NCBI GenBank assembly: GCA_044226015.1
Contig: JBGAHS010000007.1
Span: 32,001 to 96,000, forward strand
Length of the DNA stretch: 64,000 bases
Direction of reading: 5' to 3'
From: Candidatus Obscuribacteraceae bacterium
Lineage (GTDB): Bacteria; Cyanobacteriota; Vampirovibrionia; Obscuribacterales; Obscuribacteraceae
The stretch's first letter is position 1, and every line of letters starts with the position of its first letter. The notes under the pieces were generated by a model. That model did not search any database and had not been told where the DNA came from. It saw only the letters and a program-made list of their open reading frames with translations. Positions 58,827-64,000 of this stretch are shown one piece after another. The position numbers were made by a program, and so were the translations under genes.

Positions 58827-59528
58827 GTGGAAAGTCAGAAAGCAGAATTTTATTTCAGTCCGGTCGACGCTCACAACGATGCTGTGAACGTTCAAGGCAT
58901 GGAAGATCTTTTTCAGTGGGCATCAGAGACGGTGGCAGATGGTCTAGATGGTCGTCAACGCCGCGCTCGTGAGCAGCAAATCAAGAGGCAAGTGCTCAGT
59001 ATCATTCACCGAAGCGCTGATAGCCAGGCGCAAGCAAAATACGTGAATGAACTTGCCTATATGCAACGCAGAGTTATTGCATTGCAAGGCGCATTGATTG
59101 ATACCAATCAAGAAGTTCTGAATCTGAAGCAAGTGGTAGTTGCTCAGTACGTAAGTCTTCAAAGAGTTCCCGAGCTTGAGGAAAAAGTCATCAAGCTTGA
59201 AACCGAAATCATGCTGCGCGACAAAAAAGCAGCTGAACAGAAGAGTATTGACGAGCAGCGTAAACAGGCTGATGAAGAGCAAAAGCGTTCTGAAGAAGGA
59301 CGTAAGCTCGTTCTTGAAATAGAGCGCAAATCGGTAGAGGAAGAGCGCAATCACATGATGAACGCTCTTGCTAAACTCAAGAAAGAGCGCGATATTCTCG
59401 ACGAATTGCTCACTGCTAACGAGACGGAAAATTCACGACTGGTAAATCTTTTGAATGAAGCACGCAAAGAAATTGAAGTGTTGAAGTCCAGAAGATGGTG
59501 GCATATGTTCATGCCATGCAAGAAATAG
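58827..59528 (+). CDS. Coiled-coil hypothetical protein
   Basis: Heptad-rich E/K/L composition; C-terminal RRWWHMF; GGAAGG RBS. Confidence 0.7.
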   Translation: MESQKAEFYFSPVDAHNDAVNVQGMEDLFQWASETVADGLDGRQRRAREQQIKRQVLSIIHRSADSQAQAKYVNELAYMQRRVIALQGALIDTNQEVLNLKQVVVAQYVSLQRVPELEEKVIKLETEIMLRDKKAAEQKSIDEQRKQADEEQKRSEEGRKLVLEIERKSVEEERNHMMNALAKLKKERDILDELLTANETENSRLVNLLNEARKEIEVLKSRRWWHMFMPCKK

Positions 59529-59651
59529 TTCGCACTTACTAAGTTCACTAATTTTACATCGATGCGTTGATTGCCTCATCTAAGCCCCCGCTGGATGAGG
59601 CATGTCCTTTGGAGGACTTCAAGTTTATGCATCGAAGTAAAGACAAGTTCT

Positions 59652-60947
59652 CTATTCTTCGGCTGAATTCGAGTTCTTTGCTTTTTTCAATTTTCCTTCG
59701 AAGCCTCGGTTGCTTGGTTCGAAATAAACAGTGCCCTGCAATTCTTCTGGAAGGCACTTCATGTCTGTGTTTGCATTCTCGTAATCGTGCGCATACTTAT
59801 ACCCTTTGCCATAACCAATGTCTTTCATCAGCTTGGTTGGCGCGTTTCTCAAATGGAATGGAACCGGGTGCTGCAGAGAATTGTGCGCATCATTTGCGGC
59901 TGCACCGTAGGCGCGATAAACGGCATTTGACTTTGGGCAATAGGAAAGCAGCACTACGAGCTGGGCAAGTGCTAATTTGCCTTCTGGCATTCCAATTAGA
60001 TTGACAGCCTGCATAGCTGCAACTGCTTGTTCAAGCGCTTGTGGATGCGCAAGCCCAATGTCTTCTGATGCGAATCTCACCAGGCGTCGGGCAACATACA
60101 TTGGGTCTTCACCAGCTTCTAGCATTCGTGCAAGCCAGTAGAGAGAAGCGTCTGCATCTGAATTGCGAATTGATTTGTGCAACGCTGAAATGAGGTTGAA
60201 GTGATTTTCGCCCGTCTTGTCGTATTTCAGAATGGCTTGTTGAACAGCGTCTTTTACTTGCCCGTCGGTTGCGTCTTGGTTGCCGCGTCGTTTCATCACC
60301 GACGAGAGCAATTCAAGGCTGTTTAGCGCTGTTCTGGCGTCGCCGGACGAGTAAGTCGCGATAATGCTTAGCTGATCTTTGCTGATTTTGAGCCCCATTT
60401 TTCCCAGTCCGCGTTCTTCATCAGTGAGTGCGCGAAACAAAATTTCAGTGAGAGCTTCGACAGTAAGTTCGTCTAGAACGAAAACTTTCAAACGAGAGAG
60501 CAGTGCAGAGTTTAGTTCGAATGAAGGGTTCTCTGTTGTAGCACCGATTAAAACTATGGTTCCAGCCTCAACATAAGGCAAAAATGCATCCTGCTGCGCT
60601 CGATTAAATCGATGAATCTCATCGACAAACAAAATTGTTCTTTTGCCAGCAAAGTTGAAGTTTGCGGTAGCTTCAGCCATGACACCTTTGATTTCCTTGA
60701 TGCCAGAGGTGACAGCTGAAAAAGAGATCCAGCTTGTATTTGTAATTTTGCTGATGAGCCTTGCCAGGGTCGTCTTTCCTACCCCAGGAGGACCCCAGAG
60801 TATAAACGAGCTTACCTCGTCGGCTTCGATCATCTCTCGCAAAAGCCCGCCCGGTGCTAGAAGACGCTCTTGTCCGAAAAACTCGTCTAAAGAGTTCGGA
60901 CGCATTCTTTCTGCAAGAGGAATTGGCGCTTGTCTGGAGGAAGACAT
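59652..60947 (-). CDS. rarA: Replication-associated recombination protein A (RarA/MgsA)
   Basis: [53 protein letters not shown]. Confidence 0.96.
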   Translation of the reverse strand: MSSSRQAPIPLAERMRPNSLDEFFGQERLLAPGGLLREMIEADEVSSFILWGPPGVGKTTLARLISKITNTSWISFSAVTSGIKEIKGVMAEATANFNFAGKRTILFVDEIHRFNRAQQDAFLPYVEAGTIVLIGATTENPSFELNSALLSRLKVFVLDELTVEALTEILFRALTDEERGLGKMGLKISKDQLSIIATYSSGDARTALNSLELLSSVMKRRGNQDATDGQVKDAVQQAILKYDKTGENHFNLISALHKSIRNSDADASLYWLARMLEAGEDPMYVARRLVRFASEDIGLAHPQALEQAVAAMQAVNLIGMPEGKLALAQLVVLLSYCPKSNAVYRAYGAAANDAHNSLQHPVPFHLRNAPTKLMKDIGYGKGYKYAHDYENANTDMKCLPEELQGTVYFEPSNRGFEGKLKKAKNSNSAEE

Positions 60948-61087
60948 TTGTTACCCGAATTTAGTAACCTGAATAATTAGAGCATAAGTGGAAAATCAGC
61001 CCCACCGGAGACAGTTAATCTTAGCTTTAGTGCTTTCAGGGCTTTTACTGGTTTCTCAACTATCTCGATATGCGTAAATACTAAGGC

Positions 61088-62569
61088 ATGCATCTGGCCT
61101 CTATCATTGGGAATAAAGCCTTTATGCAGTTGGCGACTAATCCAAAAATCATACTTCGTTACAAGGCGCGAGTTTCGCAGGAAGCCTTGCGCGATTTGCT
61201 AGCATTGTCGCCTGTATGGGGCGTGTGGTCGCTAGCCATGATTTATTTCGCTTTTGCTACTGCTGGCGAGCTAGATTTGCAAAGTTTGATTCAGGGAATT
61301 CTATTGCTTCTGACACCACTTTTTGCAATTTCTGTTTGTCTAAAAAATGAATTTGCTCTAGATGAAAATGGTATTGAGTTTCCGCTGTGGACATTGCTTC
61401 AGTTGAAGGGCAAGAGAAGGTTGGCTTGGAACCAAATAACTGCAGTCGAATTTCTTAGAGTCTCTGGTTCTACAATCGTTGTTTCTGAACAACCTGACCA
61501 TGTACGTTTGATTTTTGCTGATTCTAGCAGTCTGATGTTATCATTGCATTCCTTTACCAGCACTGACTTTCAGAACTTCATTATGGCGCTGCAGCTCTAT
61601 TTGCCAGCACATAAATTCAGTCCTGAATTGGGCTCACTAAAAGCCGATATTGCAGGGGGCAGCCTATCTCATCAAGCTCTTTCTTTCACCCAAATTTGGG
61701 AGGAAGACATGAGTGCGCGATTTGCGTCTACAGCTTTTGTTCCACTTGAAGCCGGATGCAAATTGAATGGTGGCAGATTCGAGATTGTCGGGCAGATTGC
61801 ATTCGGCGGGTTGTCAGCTATTTATTTGGCAAAAACAGCGGAGGGCATCTGTGTTTTGAAAGAAGCTGTCATTCCTGCTAACGCCGATGAAGAGACAAGC
61901 AAGAAATCTATCGAGTTATTCGCGCGCGAAGCGAAGTTATTGATGGGCTTGAGTCATCCAAAAATTGCTGCTGTGAAAGATCATTTCGTGGAGAACAATC
62001 ACCACTATCTTGCTCTGGAATATATCGACGGTATTGATTTACGCCGCTTCGTGCGTGAACGGGGACCACAATCCGAAGATGTTGTATTAAAATGGGCGAT
62101 TGAAATTGCTGAAATACTATCGTATCTGCACGGAAGAGAGCCGGCTGTCGTTCATCGTGACTTGAGCCCTGACAATCTCATGCTAGATGAACTCGGAAAT
62201 ATTGTGTTGATTGATTTCGGCGCAGCAAATGAGTTAGTCGGCACTGCAACTGGAACCTTGATTGGAAAACAATCGTACATATCTCCTGAGCAGTTTAGAG
62301 GCAAGGCGTGCACCTCAAGTGATTTGTATTCTTTGGGTGCTTGCATGTTTTATCTTTTGACCGGAGAAGACCCTGAGGCTCTGGCTGAAAGCCACCCTCG
62401 AGAGCACAACAATCAAATCTCTGAAGAGATGGATAGTTTGATTTCTAAGCTGACATCTCTTGATGTGAACAACAGATTTGCATCAGCAAATGACTTGATT
62501 GATGCTTGCAAGAGTTTGCTCAAAGAGAAGAAAACAATTCGTTTAGTGGAGGCAGAGAATGTCCACTAA
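61088..62569 (+). CDS. Membrane-anchored Ser/Thr protein kinase
   Basis: Two N-terminal TMs; AFGGLSAIY, VLKE, HRDLSPDN, DFG, GKQSYISPEQ. Confidence 0.88.
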   Translation: MHLASIIGNKAFMQLATNPKIILRYKARVSQEALRDLLALSPVWGVWSLAMIYFAFATAGELDLQSLIQGILLLLTPLFAISVCLKNEFALDENGIEFPLWTLLQLKGKRRLAWNQITAVEFLRVSGSTIVVSEQPDHVRLIFADSSSLMLSLHSFTSTDFQNFIMALQLYLPAHKFSPELGSLKADIAGGSLSHQALSFTQIWEEDMSARFASTAFVPLEAGCKLNGGRFEIVGQIAFGGLSAIYLAKTAEGICVLKEAVIPANADEETSKKSIELFAREAKLLMGLSHPKIAAVKDHFVENNHHYLALEYIDGIDLRRFVRERGPQSEDVVLKWAIEIAEILSYLHGREPAVVHRDLSPDNLMLDELGNIVLIDFGAANELVGTATGTLIGKQSYISPEQFRGKACTSSDLYSLGACMFYLLTGEDPEALAESHPREHNNQISEEMDSLISKLTSLDVNNRFASANDLIDACKSLLKEKKTIRLVEAENVH

Positions 62570-64000
62570 AGAGTTTGGAAAGCAAGCGGAACCTTCAAAA
62601 ACGCAGGCACTGGATCGCTTCTTGATTCTCTGTCTGGTTCTTTTTTCTGCTTTCAACATTTTTTTGATGGTGCCGTCCGAGTTTCTAAACCAGGCTTTTC
62701 TTCCAGCGTACACATATGAATTTATTCAGCACTCTCTAAGTTCAATAGAGATGCCTTTTTTCTTTAATAGCATGATGCATTGGAGTTCGTCTGCGCTCTT
62801 GCTATTTGGTTTTTGCTCATTGTTTAGCGTGCTATTTTTGTTCAGGGCCGGCGCGGTTGTAAAACACTTGAGCGACTGTAGAGAAAGAGTCAAGGCACTA
62901 AATCTGGTGGCGGCTCTTGGTTTTCTGCCGATTAGTGTGCTTACCTTCGCTGCTTCTTTCATACTCTGGCATCGCTGGCAGGGTTATGCTGATTGGCTAC
63001 ATCGGTTCTATCTCAATGGCAACCTTTCTTTTTCGGGTTTGGTGGAGTCAGGTGGGGCGAGTTGGGCTTTCGATTTAGTAATTTTGATTTTTGTCTTTAT
63101 GTACCTGTACAGATTCTTGTGTCCTGAATTTGATTTTCAGGTTACTGACCAGGGCTTGTTAATAAGCGCCCAGAACAGATTCCTGGCACCTATTTTTGGA
63201 AACCGCTTGGTAATTTGGAGTGAAATCAAATCAGCTCGCATCAATACTAGAGCTGGAAAATCAGAGACCGTTGGTGTTGAATTGAATGATGGAGCTAAAT
63301 ACAGTTTCTCTGTTGATTCCATAAGAAAATTTCGACCTGTGGCTGAATTCATGCTGCTCTTAAAGAATAGATCTGGAGTTGAGTTTGATTATGCAACTGA
63401 GGAGAAGAACAGCGCTACAGCTGGTGATTATACTGAACTCTGGCTGCGGTATTTTTCGAGTCCTGAGAAACGTACAAGAAAGTCCAGTCTGTGCAAAGGT
63501 GATGAGGTTGGCGGAAGATTTAGCATAATCTCTACTCTGGGCCAGGGAGGGCAGGGCACCGCTTACCTTGCCCAAAGTATGTCGGCTGAGCAAAGCTCAG
63601 GGAGTGCCTGCGAAGCGCTTGTGCTAAAAGAGTACATTCTCCCGTTCCATCGAGGCGAGTCTGTATTTCGCGATAGCTTGAATAAACTACAGAAAGAAGC
63701 TGCGATTTTGTCGAGAATAAGGCACCCTAACATCGTGCAGTGCCGTGAATGTTTTGTGGATGATCACCGCGGCTACCTCGTACTGGAGTATCTTGAGGGT
63801 GAGGGGCTTAACGACTATGTTGCTCGCAATGGTGCGCTTTCTGAGCCTCAGGTTATCGAAATCATATTGCAAATTTGCAACGCTGTTGAGTACATGCACA
63901 CACTAGACCAGCGCATCATTCATCGTGACCTTACTCCAGACAACTGTATATTGCAAGAAACTGGTTGCGTCAAAATTGTTGATTTCAATGTAGCCCATCA
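62559..64000 (+). CDS. Membrane-anchored Ser/Thr protein kinase (3' end runs off the window)
   Basis: Read manually from ATG 62559, which overlaps the upstream stop: about four TMs, then GQGGQGTAY, VLKE, HRDLTPDN, DFNVA. Confidence 0.85.
   Translation, partial: MSTKEFGKQAEPSKTQALDRFLILCLVLFSAFNIFLMVPSEFLNQAFLPAYTYEFIQHSLSSIEMPFFFNSMMHWSSSALLLFGFCSLFSVLFLFRAGAVVKHLSDCRERVKALNLVAALGFLPISVLTFAASFILWHRWQGYADWLHRFYLNGNLSFSGLVESGGASWAFDLVILIFVFMYLYRFLCPEFDFQVTDQGLLISAQNRFLAPIFGNRLVIWSEIKSARINTRAGKSETVGVELNDGAKYSFSVDSIRKFRPVAEFMLLLKNRSGVEFDYATEEKNSATAGDYTELWLRYFSSPEKRTRKSSLCKGDEVGGRFSIISTLGQGGQGTAYLAQSMSAEQSSGSACEALVLKEYILPFHRGESVFRDSLNKLQKEAAILSRIRHPNIVQCRECFVDDHRGYLVLEYLEGEGLNDYVARNGALSEPQVIEIILQICNAVEYMHTLDQRIIHRDLTPDNCILQETGCVKIVDFNVAH

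Overview
64 kb of bacterial chromosome, about 48-50% GC by eye. The gene content (TonB/ExbBD, OmpA, efp-accB-accC, DUF721, several Hanks-type kinases and TPR/WD40 proteins) suggests a diderm Melainabacteria/Vampirovibrionia (Obscuribacterales-like) host; this is inference, not a database result. Positions 1-27 kb are mostly housekeeping and envelope genes: tonB-exbB-exbD-aroE-cvpA, ftsEX, a cyclophilin, a tRNA(CAT), accC/accB/efp, ltaE, a 3-hydroxyacyl-CoA dehydrogenase and an oligopeptide ABC ATPase. Positions 27-58 kb hold the most interesting feature, a minus-strand type IV secretion/conjugation-like locus in three blocks. Block 1 has four Pro/Gly-rich secreted proteins, a VirB2-like pilin and a 1388-aa extended VirB6. 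Block 2 is a long DUF2225-like Zn-finger protein. Block 3 has a short DUF2225-like protein, PrgI, VirB4, a VirB8/TcpC-like protein, a VirD4 with long disordered tails, a Replic_Relax protein, a WD40 protein and a Ser/Thr kinase. No integrase, VirB11, VirB9 or HUH relaxase was recognised in it. All three blocks carry the same intergenic palindrome, TGGGA-N4-TCCCA, each with a degenerate partner 20 bp away, suggesting one regulon. A decayed Rhs/orphan-gene island, an HEXXH protein and a bestrophin interrupt the locus. rarA and two atypical membrane kinases close the window.
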